DNA of 61,472 bases from Pyrinomonadaceae bacterium. GTDB taxonomy: Bacteria > Acidobacteriota > Blastocatellia > Pyrinomonadales > Pyrinomonadaceae. Shown here one piece after another: positions 46,775 through 57,160 of the stretch. Position 1 is the stretch's first letter. Every line of letters begins with the position of its first letter. The stretch covers positions 1 to 61,472 of the forward strand of contig JBKBYA010000005.1 of NCBI GenBank assembly GCA_046313635.1. Reading direction: 5' to 3'. The position numbers and the translations under genes are program-made. The notes beneath the pieces were generated by a model. It did no database searches. It was not told the origin of the DNA and saw only the letters and a list, made by a program, of their open reading frames with translations.

Positions 46775-47083
46775 CTACAACTCAAGCTTTTCCCCGTCCT
46801 GTCGATTTGAAAAGAATGACAGGACCTCGATCCGCCGATGTTCTGGATCGACCCGATAGTAGATGGTGTTGAATTTCGTTACTACGGCTCGGCGAACCCG
46901 TTTCATTCGGGAAGATTCCGGGTACAGATCAGGAAATCTCGAAATGTTCCTGATCACGAATTCGATCTTATAGGCGAGGCGTTCGATCTCTTTAGGGGTG
47001 AACTCTGATTCTAGATACTGAATGGTTTGGCGGAGTTCTTCGAGAGCGTGTGCGGTCCAAAATACCTTATAACCGCTTTTCAT
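46775..47083 (-). CDS. RelE/ParE family toxin
   Basis: [13 protein letters not shown]...YL...FPDLY...IYYRV...FFSNRQ. Confidence 0.85.
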   Translation of the reverse strand: MKSGYKVFWTAHALEELRQTIQYLESEFTPKEIERLAYKIEFVIRNISRFPDLYPESSRMKRVRRAVVTKFNTIYYRVDPEHRRIEVLSFFSNRQDGEKLEL

Positions 47084-47303
47084 AGATCGCTTTTGCCTCA
47101 GAATGCGGTTTCAGGTTTTCGGCGTCAGCATCTTTGATCCCTTTTGAGATCGATTGCCTTTCACTTTCGGAGACCTGGTCCCACCAGTCGCTCTCGCTTT
47201 GCTCCTTCAGTTCAAAGAGCCTATCAAGCAGCGCATCGTCGTCAATGATCGAAAGCCATTGAATGAGTTCCAATTTGCGCGATTGGGAATGCGTCGTCGG
47301 CAT
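47067..47303 (-). CDS. Putative antitoxin (addiction module component)
   Basis: KLELIQWL...DWWDQVSESERQSISKG...LKPHSEA; overlaps the toxin start. Confidence 0.75.
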   Translation of the reverse strand: MPTTHSQSRKLELIQWLSIIDDDALLDRLFELKEQSESDWWDQVSESERQSISKGIKDADAENLKPHSEAKAIYEKRL

Positions 47304-47399
47304 AGGCAAATAATAGCATACCAATATGCTTAAAAGGCCCCGGCCCGACGACGGCGGATCGCGACTCGATCGCGGCCGCAAAGGCGATTCGGAATCGGT

Positions 47400-48434
47400 T
47401 TAAATACTCTCAAAATCCAGCACGACCTTCCCGCAATTTCCTTCCTTAATCGCGGCGAAACCTTGCTCAAAATCCCTGTATGAATACCGATGCGTAACGA
47501 CCGGCTTGATGTCGACGCCGGCTTCGAGGAGGTTCGACATCTGGTACCAGGTCTCGTACATCTGGCGGCCGTAGATGCCTTTGATAGTGATCATGTTGAA
47601 GATCACGGTCTTCCAATCGATCGCAAACTGTTCGCTCGGGATGCCGAGGAAGGCGATCTTGCCGCCGTGGAACATATTCGCGAGCATGTCCTTGAACGCA
47701 GCGGGCACGCCCGACATTTCCATCCCGACGTCGAAGCCCTCTTTCATCCCAAGCTCACGCTGAACGTCCTTGATCGAGGTCTTGCTGACATCGACGGCAC
47801 GCGTGACGTGGCCCATCTTTTCGGCGAGCTCGAGACGGAATGGATTGATATCGGTAATCACGATGTTGCGCGCTCCGGCGTGCTTCGCGACGGCCGCGGC
47901 CATGATGCCGATCGGGCCGGCGCCGGTGATGAGGACGTCCTCGCCAAATACTTCAAACTCGAGCGCCGTGTGCACGGCGTTGCCGAAGGGGTCGAAGATC
48001 GCCGCGACGTCGAGATCGATATCCGGCTTGTGCTTCCAAATGTTGGTGTGCGGGACGGCGATGAACTCGGAAAAGCCGCCGTCGGTGTTGACGCCGACGC
48101 CGCGCGTGTTTGCGCAGAGAGCTCGCCGGCCCGCCATGCAGTTGCGGCATCGGCCGCAGACCAGATGCCCTTCAACACTGACGATGTCGCCCGCAGCAAA
48201 ATCGACGACGTTCGAACCGACATCGACGATCTCGCCGACGAACTCGTGCCCGATCACGGTCGGAACCTTGATCGTCGCCTGCGCCCACGCGTCCCAGTTG
48301 TAAATGTGAAGGTCGGTGCCGCAGATGCCGCCGCGTTTGACGCGGATCATCACGTCGTTGATCCCCATCTCGGGCACGGGCACGTCCTCGATCCAGAGGC
48401 CGGGCTCGGCCTTGCTTTTGACGATTGCTTTCAT
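47400..48434 (-). CDS. tdh: L-threonine 3-dehydrogenase
   Basis: [35 protein letters not shown] and [12 protein letters not shown]. Confidence 0.97.
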   Translation of the reverse strand: MKAIVKSKAEPGLWIEDVPVPEMGINDVMIRVKRGGICGTDLHIYNWDAWAQATIKVPTVIGHEFVGEIVDVGSNVVDFAAGDIVSVEGHLVCGRCRNCMAGRRALCANTRGVGVNTDGGFSEFIAVPHTNIWKHKPDIDLDVAAIFDPFGNAVHTALEFEVFGEDVLITGAGPIGIMAAAVAKHAGARNIVITDINPFRLELAEKMGHVTRAVDVSKTSIKDVQRELGMKEGFDVGMEMSGVPAAFKDMLANMFHGGKIAFLGIPSEQFAIDWKTVIFNMITIKGIYGRQMYETWYQMSNLLEAGVDIKPVVTHRYSYRDFEQGFAAIKEGNCGKVVLDFESI

Positions 48435-48605
48435 TTTGAAGATCGGTCCCCGAGGCCGCGGACCGCGATTTAAGACGATGATATCAGACCGTAAATCGGC
48501 CGCGAAATCGCTGTTTCCGGCCACCCTGATTTACCCCAAATTGAACTGCTGTTAAGATTGACCATTCACTGTCATCCCCGTTTCGGAGGTGACTTTCACC
48601 ACGCT

Positions 48606-49700
48606 ATGTCAGACGAAAGACAAAGGGTCGAGGCCGCTCTCGCCGCCTTTTCGGCGGACTTTGAACGGTTTCAGAATGATGGAGCTTCGGCCGGCGGCGA
48701 CCTGGCAAATGCCGAGGCGCAGCTCCGCGAGATCGGCGAGCTGAAGGTCCGCCACACCGGTAAGAAGTCCGCGATAGCCGAGGCCAAAAAGCTGATCGGC
48801 AAGGTCGCGCCGGAGGAGCGCGGCGCGTTTGGGCAGTTTGTCCAGGCAGTAGAAAAGGAGATCGTCTCGCGCATCGAGGAGCTCGAGTCTCGGCTGAAGC
48901 AGCAGATCGCCGACGCGCGAATCGAGGCCGAACGGCTCGACGTCACGCTGCCCGGCCGCCGGCCGCGCGTCGGTCATCTGCATCCGATCACGATCCTGCG
49001 GCAGCGGATCGAGGACATATTCGTTTCGATGGGCTACGCGATCGAGGACGACCGCGAGATCGAGACGGATTATTACAACTTCGACGCGCTGAATATCCCG
49101 GACGGCCATCCGGCCCGCGAGTCGCAGGACACGTTTTACACGACCGAGGGATTTGCCCTCAGGTCGCAAACCTCGACCGTGCAGATCCGCGCGATGGAGC
49201 GCCGCGGCGCTCCGCTGCGGGTGATCGCTCCGGGCCGTGTCTTTCGCCGCGACACGCCCGATATGACGCACACGCCGATGTTCCACCAGATCGAGGGACT
49301 CTGCGTCGACAAGGGCATCACGATGGCGCATCTCAAGGGCACCGTGACCGAATGGCTCAAGCGAATGTACGGGCCCGACACGGTTACTCGCTTTCGGCCG
49401 TCGTACTTCCCTTTTACCGAGCCGAGCGCGGAATTCGACTTCTCGTGCTTCGTCTGCCGAGGCTCGGGCCGCGTCGGCGACGATCGCTGCCGGCCCTGCA
49501 AAGGCTCGGGCTGGATCGAGCTCGGCGGCTCGGGAATGGTGCATCCGAACGTTCTGCGCGCGTGCAATATCGACCCGACCGTTTATTCGGGCTTCGCATT
49601 CGGATTCGGTCTCGAAAGAATGGCTGCCTTGATGTTCGCGATCGACGACATCCGGCACATGTTCGAGAACGACGTGCGATTTTTGGAACAATTCAAATAG
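48606..49700 (+). CDS. pheS: Phenylalanine--tRNA ligase alpha subunit
   Basis: [30 protein letters not shown] and GFAFGFG. Confidence 0.98.
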   Translation: MSDERQRVEAALAAFSADFERFQNDGASAGGDLANAEAQLREIGELKVRHTGKKSAIAEAKKLIGKVAPEERGAFGQFVQAVEKEIVSRIEELESRLKQQIADARIEAERLDVTLPGRRPRVGHLHPITILRQRIEDIFVSMGYAIEDDREIETDYYNFDALNIPDGHPARESQDTFYTTEGFALRSQTSTVQIRAMERRGAPLRVIAPGRVFRRDTPDMTHTPMFHQIEGLCVDKGITMAHLKGTVTEWLKRMYGPDTVTRFRPSYFPFTEPSAEFDFSCFVCRGSGRVGDDRCRPCKGSGWIELGGSGMVHPNVLRACNIDPTVYSGFAFGFGLERMAALMFAIDDIRHMFENDVRFLEQFK

Positions 49701-49736
49701 AGAAAAACTCTGCTGGCGGATCATTCCGCCGATCTT

Positions 49737-51815
49737 ATGAATCTCAGTTACAACTGGCTCAAAGACCTGATCTCCGTCAACGGATCACCCGACGAGCTTG
49801 CGCGCGTCTTGACGAACGCCGGCAACGCAGTCGAGGGCGTTCTTCCGGTTGGCGACGACTTTGTCCTCGACCTTGACCTTACGTCGAATCGCCCCGACTG
49901 CCTCTCGCATCTCGGCATCGCGCGCGAACTGTCGGCGATCACGGGCCGTGAGCTGAAGCTCGCTCGGCCGACGCCGGCGGTCGACGAGGTGCCCATGCCG
50001 GCGATACTGGCGAACGACGTCGTAAAGATCGAGGCCCCGGAATTGTGCCACCGCTTCACCGCGCGCATCATTCGCAGCGTGAAGATCGGTCCCTCGCCCG
50101 AGTGGCTCGTCAAACGGCTCGAGGCCGTCGGCGAGCGTTCGATCAACAACGTCGCCGACATCACCAATTACGTAATGCTCGAGCTGGGCCAGCCGATGCA
50201 TGCATTCGATCTCGACAAGCTTGCCGAGAACCGCATCGTCGTTCGCCGCGCACACGCCGGCGAGACGATCACGACGCTCGACGAGGTCGAGCGTAAGCTC
50301 GACGACTCGATGCTCGCGATCTGCGACGCCGAGCGACCTGTCGCGGTCGCCGGCGTGATGGGCGGTTTGCACTCCGGGATCACCGATAAGACGACCAATG
50401 TTCTGCTTGAGGTGGCGTACTTCAAACGCGAAAGCATCCGGCAGACATCGCGCAAACTTGGCCTCGCGACCGAAGCAAGCTACCGCTTTGAGCGCGGAGT
50501 CGATATCGAAAATCTGATCCGCGCATCAAACCGCGCGACCGAGTTGATCTGCGAGCTAGCGGGCGGCGAGGCGGCCGACATCATCGACATCTATCCGACC
50601 CCGCGCGTGCCGATCGAGATCACCTCGAATGACATTTCATCGGCGACCAGGCGCCTGACCGGTCTCGAAGTCGCGCCCGCCGAATGCGAACGCATATTAA
50701 CGGCGCTCGGCATCGACACCGCCGTTGCTCCGCGGTATGTCGCTCCGTCGTGGCGGCACGACCTCGCGATCGAAGAGGACCTTGTCGAGGAGGTCGCGCG
50801 GATCGCCGGTTACGACAAGATCGCGGACGAGCTGCCGCCTGCATTCGGGGCCGGCGAGTACCAGCCGACCGAGCCGCGCAAAAAGCTGCTTCGCCGCACG
50901 CTTGCCGATCTCGGTTTTGACGAGGCGATCTCATACAGCTTCATCGACACGCGGTTCGACGGCATGATCGATCTGCTGCCGGGCGTTAACGCGTCGCACG
51001 AGGAGAACGCCTTTGTCACGCTCCGCGATTCGGTCATCGAAGGGGCGACGCGAATGCGGCCGAGCCTTGTCCCCGGACTGCTCGAGGCCGTTCGGCTGAA
51101 TTTCAATTACCAGCGTCGCGATCTAAAGCTTTTCGAGCTCGGCCGCGTCTTTGCCGGCGGCAGGACCGAGGACGGCCTTCCGCACGAGCGAGAGCATCTG
51201 GCGATGGTTTTGACCGGCGGCGAGATCGGCGAAGGACGTACGCTAGCCGCCCGTGTGCTCGACTTTTACGACGCGAAGGGAGCCGTCGAATCTGCGCTCG
51301 AAGCCGTCGGAGCCGCCGTCTGTTCGTTCGAGACCGCCACGGCAAAGCATCTCCGCCGGGGTCAAACGGCTGCGATCACTGCTGCCGGACGGACGGTCGG
51401 TCTGCTCGGGCGCCTCGGCGACGATATTGCCGTCGAGTACAAATATCGACAGCCGGTTTTTGTCGCCGAGATCGACCTTCAGTCGCTGCTGGCATTGCCG
51501 GGCTCGAATGTCGCCTATCGTCCGCTGCCAAAATTCCCCGCCGTCACGCGCGACATCTCGCTGCTCGGACCGCGTGCGGTGGCGTTTGCCGACATTCGCC
51601 GCGTCGCTGCGGGTCTCGGGTTCGAGCTGGTGCGTAAGGTCGAGTTCGTCGACTCGTTCGAGGGTAAAGGCGTCGAGCCGGGGATGCGTTCGATCACGAT
51701 CAGGCTTGAGTACCGCAGCGACGAGCGGACGCTCGTCGAATCGGAGGTCGAGGATCTGAACAAACAGATCGTCGGAGCTCTCGAGCGCGAGTTGGGCGTC
51801 CGTCAGAGGTTCTAG
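49737..51815 (+). CDS. pheT: Phenylalanine--tRNA ligase beta subunit (short form)
   Basis: [42 protein letters not shown]-terminal FDX-ACB domain. Confidence 0.96.
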   Translation: MNLSYNWLKDLISVNGSPDELARVLTNAGNAVEGVLPVGDDFVLDLDLTSNRPDCLSHLGIARELSAITGRELKLARPTPAVDEVPMPAILANDVVKIEAPELCHRFTARIIRSVKIGPSPEWLVKRLEAVGERSINNVADITNYVMLELGQPMHAFDLDKLAENRIVVRRAHAGETITTLDEVERKLDDSMLAICDAERPVAVAGVMGGLHSGITDKTTNVLLEVAYFKRESIRQTSRKLGLATEASYRFERGVDIENLIRASNRATELICELAGGEAADIIDIYPTPRVPIEITSNDISSATRRLTGLEVAPAECERILTALGIDTAVAPRYVAPSWRHDLAIEEDLVEEVARIAGYDKIADELPPAFGAGEYQPTEPRKKLLRRTLADLGFDEAISYSFIDTRFDGMIDLLPGVNASHEENAFVTLRDSVIEGATRMRPSLVPGLLEAVRLNFNYQRRDLKLFELGRVFAGGRTEDGLPHEREHLAMVLTGGEIGEGRTLAARVLDFYDAKGAVESALEAVGAAVCSFETATAKHLRRGQTAAITAAGRTVGLLGRLGDDIAVEYKYRQPVFVAEIDLQSLLALPGSNVAYRPLPKFPAVTRDISLLGPRAVAFADIRRVAAGLGFELVRKVEFVDSFEGKGVEPGMRSITIRLEYRSDERTLVESEVEDLNKQIVGALERELGVRQRF

Positions 51816-51836
51816 CCGGCGCGTCGGGCGATCTGC

Positions 51837-51866
51837 TTGACACCCGCCGGATAAAGCCAACATAAT
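51837..51866 (+). promoter_or_regulatory. Probable sigma70 promoter for zapB-zapA
   Basis: TTGACA-18 bp-CATAAT. Confidence 0.55.
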
Positions 51867-51898
51867 CAGACGCACAAACACAACCAATTTACTGGAGA

Positions 51899-52192
51899 AT
51901 GCAAATGAACGGCCTATCCGGAATGGAGAAGTTCTCGCATCTGGAGGACAAGATCTACCTCACGCTCGAGTTCGCAAAAAAGCTTCGCGAAGAGAAGGAG
52001 AAGTTTGAACGCGAGGCCCAGGAGCTGCGTCGCGAGGTCCACCAGATGGCCGTACAAAAGGCGGAGCTCGAGGGCAAGCTGCAGGACCTCTTGACCGAGC
52101 GTGACGCCATCCAGCTCAAGGTCGAGGCGATGCTCGACGCGATCACGCTCATCGATTCGGAGGTCGCGGAGGCCGTCGGGAGAATCCAGTAG
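51899..52192 (+). CDS. Coiled-coil ZapB-like cell division protein
   Basis: Short coiled coil (FSHLEDKI...LREEK...ERDAIQLKVEAML) immediately upstream of zapA. Confidence 0.7.
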   Translation: MQMNGLSGMEKFSHLEDKIYLTLEFAKKLREEKEKFEREAQELRREVHQMAVQKAELEGKLQDLLTERDAIQLKVEAMLDAITLIDSEVAEAVGRIQ

Positions 52193-52194
52193 AT

Positions 52195-52551
52195 ATGAGC
52201 AGCGGAATGAACAATACGGCCGGCAGCGGAATGGAACAGACGATCAGGGTCGAGATCTACAATCAGACGTACAGCATCCGTTCGGACGGCGACAATCAGT
52301 ACATCCAGGAGCTCGCCGAATACGTCGACCGCAAGATGCGCGAGATCTCGTCGGGCACGTTGACGGTCGACTCTTTAAAGGTCGCGATACTCGCGGCGTT
52401 GCACATCGCCGACGAGTATTACCAGCTCAAGCACGCGATGGCGCAGTCCGACTCGCAGCTTGCGTCTCGGAGCGCGGAATGCGCAGAGATGCTCGACCGT
52501 ATGCTCAAGCACCGCGACATTCCGACCCGCGAGATAGCCACCGAGCAATAG
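52195..52551 (+). CDS. zapA: Cell division protein ZapA
   Basis: VEIYNQTYSI, LAEYVDRKM and VAILAALHIADE. Confidence 0.93.
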   Translation: MSSGMNNTAGSGMEQTIRVEIYNQTYSIRSDGDNQYIQELAEYVDRKMREISSGTLTVDSLKVAILAALHIADEYYQLKHAMAQSDSQLASRSAECAEMLDRMLKHRDIPTREIATEQ

Positions 52552-52600
52552 ACCTCAACTTCTCTTAGGCAACATCGTCCGTTGTGGTAGAATCCAATCC

Positions 52601-52819
52601 GGGCGAAAGATTTTCTGCGTATCCCGTTACCGAGCGCATTAATAATTGAGCCAACACTTGAATTGAGGGAGGCCAACGCCTGAGTCAGTGCAGTTCTCCA
52701 AAGCGTTAACTTGCCGGAGACGAGGGCTTCGATGTTCCTTCGGGAACAGAAGGCCGCCCACCTGAGAAAACCAGGTTCAATTCAAACGTTCGGAACGGAT
52801 AAGGCGGTACCTTTCGCTT
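52601..52819 (+). ncRNA. ssrS: 6S RNA
   Basis: Position after zapA; TAGAAT at 52588; closing stems GGCGAAAG/CTTTCGCT and CCGTTACCGAGCG/CGTTCGGAACGG; GAGCCAACAC, GGGAG, CCCACC and GGTTC blocks. Ends approximate. Confidence 0.8.
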
Positions 52820-52850
52820 ACAGATATTTCGGCCGTGAGCTTTGTCAGGC

Positions 52851-53639
52851 TCACGGCTTTTCTATTGTCGCGTTGTCCTCGGCCTCGAGCTCGCGGCGGA
52901 TCTCGTCGGCCATTCGCGCCGATTCGAGAGCGAGTGGAAGCTCGGCCGTTCGGGCCGAGAGCTTTTTTAATGCGAGCTCCGAATCCGCGAGGCTCGTGCC
53001 GCGTACGGCCGCCGCCTCGATGATCTGCAGCCGCGATTCGGCCTCGGCGAGCATGCTCCTCGCCTCGTCATGGATGCCGCCGATGCGCTGGAGATCGTCG
53101 TCGACCTGCCGGAGAAAGTCAGAAGAGTTTTGGCTCTTGAGCGACCGCAGCTTGTTTCGCCGGCGCTGCATGAGCGCCTTTTCTTTCTGCGCCGAGCGGA
53201 TGATCCGCGTCGCGGTCAGCCGCGATGCGAGCGTCTCTCGATAGGCGTCGGCGAGCATCGGATCGCCCGCGGCGAGCTGCCGGAGAGCACGCTTCTCAGA
53301 CGGCTTTAGCTCGCGGCGAAACCACTCGATCTCTTCGGCCCTGATCCCGTGCGACGCGATCCTCTCCCGCATCTCCGCGGTCCAGCCCGAATATCGATAG
53401 ACGAAAAAACCCGTCAGCCCCAAGCCGAGGACAAACCCTGCCATCGAAACTATCAGCCCGAGAAACAAGATCGTCGCCGCGATCGGCGGCGTCGTGCCGA
53501 AGAGGAATGTCAAAGCAAATGTCAGGACGAGCGGCACGCCGCCGAGAACGACGGGCGAAGCGGCCGCGGCGAACTTGAGATTGCGGCCGCGCGCGGCGTC
53601 TCGTTCAGGGATCTCGTACCTTTTCGTTAACTCGTTCAT
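52851..53639 (-). CDS. Hypothetical membrane protein with C-terminal coiled coil
   Basis: Two N-terminal hydrophobic helices followed by a charged helical region. Confidence 0.75.
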   Translation of the reverse strand: MNELTKRYEIPERDAARGRNLKFAAAASPVVLGGVPLVLTFALTFLFGTTPPIAATILFLGLIVSMAGFVLGLGLTGFFVYRYSGWTAEMRERIASHGIRAEEIEWFRRELKPSEKRALRQLAAGDPMLADAYRETLASRLTATRIIRSAQKEKALMQRRRNKLRSLKSQNSSDFLRQVDDDLQRIGGIHDEARSMLAEAESRLQIIEAAAVRGTSLADSELALKKLSARTAELPLALESARMADEIRRELEAEDNATIEKP

Positions 53640-53755
53640 TCGGATGAATTAACTTTACACTCACGCAAACCTGATTCAAACCGACGGCATCCTACTTACC
53701 GTTCCGCAACCGTTTGTACTAAGATTTCTTGACCTGCACGACCGGGTCCGCTGGT

Positions 53756-54712
53756 ATGAATAGAAAAACGTTAGCCGTACTTACCGCCCTGAATCTGCTC
53801 ACCCTGCTTGCCGCCGGGGTGAACGCGCAGAAGCCGTCCGCAAAAGACAAGCAGCGGGTGCGGACAGTCACCATTCCGATCTCGATCTTTACAAGCCGCG
53901 AGCTCCGCACTGACCAGGCCGAGGAGTTTGTGCAGGCCGATCGATTGATCGTCAAAGAGGATCAGGAGGAGCAGACCATACTCTCGATCCGCAGCGTCGC
54001 AAACTCGCCGCTGTCGCTTGCCGTGCTCATCCAGGACGATCTGTCATCGGAGTTCAACGGCCACTTGCCAGACGTTCAGAAGTTCATTCGCGGCTTGCCC
54101 AAGGGTACTCGCGTGATGGTCGCGTACCTGCGGTCGGGCACTATCCAGATCCGCCAGCGCTTTACCGACGACCTCGACCGAGCGGCCTCGTCGATCCGCA
54201 TCCTGGGCAGTTCCAGCGTCGCAGCCGCCAACGGCCCCTACGAGGGAGTCGTCGATGCTCTTCGATACTTTGACGGGCTGCCCGGCGGAAGGCGGTCGAT
54301 ACTTCTCGTGTCGGACGGCCTCGACGCCTCGCAGGGAGTTTCGCCGCTCGCCCCGATGCAGTCGACCGAGCTCGAACGTGCGATATTGAACGCTCAGCGC
54401 AAGAGCGTCGCCGTGTACTCTATTTTTTCGCCGGGGACGATCTCGCGCGGGTCTCCGTCACACATTGTGCTGCAAGGACAGGGCGGGCTCGAGCGGCTCT
54501 CGGACCAGACCGGCGGGCGGGCGTTCATTCAGGGCACCGAGGCACCGGTCTCGATCATCCCGTTCTTAAAGGATCTGACGCTGCTGCTGAACCGCCAGTT
54601 TGCGCTGACGTATCTCTCGACGCATATGAAAAAGGGATACCACCGCGTACAGGTCACGAGCACCAATCCCGAGGTAAAGATCGAACACCCGAAAGGTTAT
54701 TACTATCGATAG
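53756..54712 (+). CDS. Secreted VWA-domain-related protein
   Basis: Signal peptide; PLSLAVLIQD, RRSILLVSDG, LSDQTGGRA and GYY C-terminus. Confidence 0.8.
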   Translation: MNRKTLAVLTALNLLTLLAAGVNAQKPSAKDKQRVRTVTIPISIFTSRELRTDQAEEFVQADRLIVKEDQEEQTILSIRSVANSPLSLAVLIQDDLSSEFNGHLPDVQKFIRGLPKGTRVMVAYLRSGTIQIRQRFTDDLDRAASSIRILGSSSVAAANGPYEGVVDALRYFDGLPGGRRSILLVSDGLDASQGVSPLAPMQSTELERAILNAQRKSVAVYSIFSPGTISRGSPSHIVLQGQGGLERLSDQTGGRAFIQGTEAPVSIIPFLKDLTLLLNRQFALTYLSTHMKKGYHRVQVTSTNPEVKIEHPKGYYYR

Positions 54713-54718
54713 CGGTCT

Positions 54719-55144
54719 CTAAGACAGACGAGTGCCGCACGACGGACAGACTCGCACGTCCTCTTTGATCAGAAAACCAACCCAGAAAAGCGGAAAGAAG
54801 ACCACCAGCAGCACGGCAAAGACGATCCAGCCGGCCGACGAGATGCGCCGCTCGACGCGCGGCAGAAATTGTCCACAGCAGACCGGGCATCGGACGGCGA
54901 TCGGTACGCCGTAGTCGAATACAGGCGGCTCGGGCCGGACGCTCTCTAGCGGGCCGGCGGGCGTGCCGAAGTGTGTTTGGAATTCGTCGGTCTTCCAGGA
55001 GTACGGACGCGGCGGCGCGTACTCGAAGTGCGGCGATGCCGGCCTCGGCTGTTCGGCGGCCGGCCGACGGCTGCCGAGTCTCGCGCCGCACGTCCGGCAA
55101 AACCGCGCATCCGGCGGGCTCACGTTCCCGCAGTTGTCGCACAT
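54719..55144 (-). CDS. Zinc-ribbon plus LITAF-like domain protein
   Basis: CxxC...FCxxCG N-terminal ribbon; CPVC-hydrophobic hairpin-EDVRVCPSCG C-terminal domain. Confidence 0.7.
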   Translation of the reverse strand: MCDNCGNVSPPDARFCRTCGARLGSRRPAAEQPRPASPHFEYAPPRPYSWKTDEFQTHFGTPAGPLESVRPEPPVFDYGVPIAVRCPVCCGQFLPRVERRISSAGWIVFAVLLVVFFPLFWVGFLIKEDVRVCPSCGTRLS

Positions 55145-55169
55145 CAGGTCGATCGCCGTCCGTAACGCC

Positions 55170-56141
55170 TCACTCGAACCGAATCTTTTCTCCGCTGCGG
55201 ATCGCCTCGTAGACCGACTCGACCAGCTGCACCGAACGCAGTCCGTCCTCGGCCGTGACCGGCGGAGCGGTGCCGTCGAGAATAGCTCCGATGAAAGCGG
55301 CGTCCTCCTGCACGTAGCCCCAACGCTCTTCTTTCTCGACCATGTGAAACGATCGCGTCTCAAAATTTGCGTCCATTCCGCGCGAGTCGAGCAGCCTCTC
55401 CATCTCTTCGGTCATGATCGTCCGGTGATGGCAAAAGACCTCGATCCGCTCGAACGGGAAATGCCAGCTCGCATCGGACGACGAAGCGAACGTGCAGTGA
55501 AAGCCGTTCTTGAACTTGAAAATTATCGAGAACTCGTCGAGCTCGGGATACTCGTGCTGCGATCCGTACGCGACCAGCTCTTCGATCTCGCCAAACTGGT
55601 ATCGGATCATATCGAAAAGATGGATCGTCGTCTCGTATAAGAATCCGCCGGTCACGCCGACGTCGCCCGTCCACACCGGGTTTTTAAGCTCGCCGCGATT
55701 CATCTTGATATGCGCCGAATGCGGCGTGTCGGCCGCGATCAGCTCGCGCAGCGTCGCGTAAACCGGTGCGAACCGCCGGTTGTGCCCGACCTGAAAGACG
55801 CGATCGCTGGTACGCGCCGCTTCGTAGAGTGCGGCCGCGTCCTCGGCGCCGATAGAGAAGGGCTTTTCGCAAAAGACGTGCTTGCCCGCGGCGAGCGCGG
55901 CCGTCGCGATCTCGCGATGCGTGCGGTTAGGCGTGCAGACGAGCACGGCGTCGCAGTGCTCGAACGTCTCCTCGAGCGACGCGCACACGCGGCCGCCGAT
56001 CGATCGCACCGCCCGCTCGGCCCGCTCGGGCACGATGTCGTAGAGAGCGGCGATCTCGGCCCGCTCGTCCCTCGAATGGATCCGTCCGTGAACGTTGCCG
56101 ATATAGCCCGTTCCGACGATGCCGATCTTGACTTTATCCAT
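55170..56141 (-). CDS. Gfo/Idh/MocA family oxidoreductase
   Basis: GIVGTGYIG, AGKHVFCEKP and VGHNRRF. Confidence 0.92.
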   Translation of the reverse strand: MDKVKIGIVGTGYIGNVHGRIHSRDERAEIAALYDIVPERAERAVRSIGGRVCASLEETFEHCDAVLVCTPNRTHREIATAALAAGKHVFCEKPFSIGAEDAAALYEAARTSDRVFQVGHNRRFAPVYATLRELIAADTPHSAHIKMNRGELKNPVWTGDVGVTGGFLYETTIHLFDMIRYQFGEIEELVAYGSQHEYPELDEFSIIFKFKNGFHCTFASSSDASWHFPFERIEVFCHHRTIMTEEMERLLDSRGMDANFETRSFHMVEKEERWGYVQEDAAFIGAILDGTAPPVTAEDGLRSVQLVESVYEAIRSGEKIRFE

Positions 56142-56183
56142 TTGTGAATCTGGTGAGCTGAACAAAAGCGACGCTTTCGGAGC

Positions 56184-57017
56184 CTACGCCGCGCGTCCGA
56201 CAAGGCCGAGAGCCTTTTCAGCCCCGGCCCGCGCTCTCTTTGCGACGATGAAAGGATCTTCTTCCCAGTACTCGGGCCGAAAGATCTCAACACTCGCCAC
56301 GCGGTCGTAGCCGATGACGTCCAGGCGCTCCTTAATTTCGCGGACCGGCAGGATGCCTTCACCGGGATAGAGGCGCTGCGCGTCGGTCAGCTGCTCCCTC
56401 GGCAGGTCCTCGGCGTCGTTGATGTGAAAGATAAATAGCTTTGCCGGGTCGAGCTCGCTGATCGCCTCAAAGCTCGAGTTCCCCGCATAAAAGTGAAACG
56501 TATCGAGCACGAGTCCCACACTTTCACGACCGACGGCGTCAACGATCTGTTTGGCGAGGTCAAGCGTCTGCACCGAACAGTCGGTCTGACCGAGAAATTC
56601 GAAAGCGAGAGACACGCCAAACGGCTCGGCGATGTCGGCGAGCTCGTTCAGAACTCGGACCGATGCGTCGACGATCTGCTGTTCGCTCGCATTCGGCGGC
56701 AGTTTGCCGGGCACGACGACGAGGTACGGGCAGTCGATCTCCTCCGCGATCTTGGCGAGCTCGCGGCATTCGGCCTTGATGTTCTGATATTCGTCGGCGC
56801 TGCGAAAGGTGATGTGCTCGATCGAATTGATCGAGTAAGGCTCGACGCCGTTCTCGGTAAGGATCGAGCGGAGGTCGGCGGTCGAGTTGGTCTTCAAGTA
56901 TTCCCGAAGCTTGGCCGCCCAGATCTCCGCGAACGGAAATCCAGCCGCTCCGGCCGCCTGGATATCGGTGACAAGGTCGGCCTTCATCGTCGTCGCGCCG
57001 TTGAGTGCGAGTTTCAT
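56184..57017 (-). CDS. Sugar phosphate isomerase/epimerase (IolI-like TIM barrel)
   Basis: MKLALNGATT, AFEFLG, DTFHFY, HINDAED, RLYPGEG and SVEIFRPEYW. Confidence 0.88.
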   Translation of the reverse strand: MKLALNGATTMKADLVTDIQAAGAAGFPFAEIWAAKLREYLKTNSTADLRSILTENGVEPYSINSIEHITFRSADEYQNIKAECRELAKIAEEIDCPYLVVVPGKLPPNASEQQIVDASVRVLNELADIAEPFGVSLAFEFLGQTDCSVQTLDLAKQIVDAVGRESVGLVLDTFHFYAGNSSFEAISELDPAKLFIFHINDAEDLPREQLTDAQRLYPGEGILPVREIKERLDVIGYDRVASVEIFRPEYWEEDPFIVAKRARAGAEKALGLVGRAA

Positions 57018-57160
57018 TATTGGTCTCCAAAGGGCGAAATCAAACGCAGATTTTAGCACGCCGTCACGGCATCGCTAAGCGCGGCCAAAACAACGGCGCT
57101 AGCTTTTTCCGCGTCGAATATTCGGCTACACTTGACGTCCGTAGCCGACAAGCACCCGCC

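Noticed and set aside
48435..48605. pheM-like leader before pheS
   Set aside because: No short ORF with a run of Phe codons.
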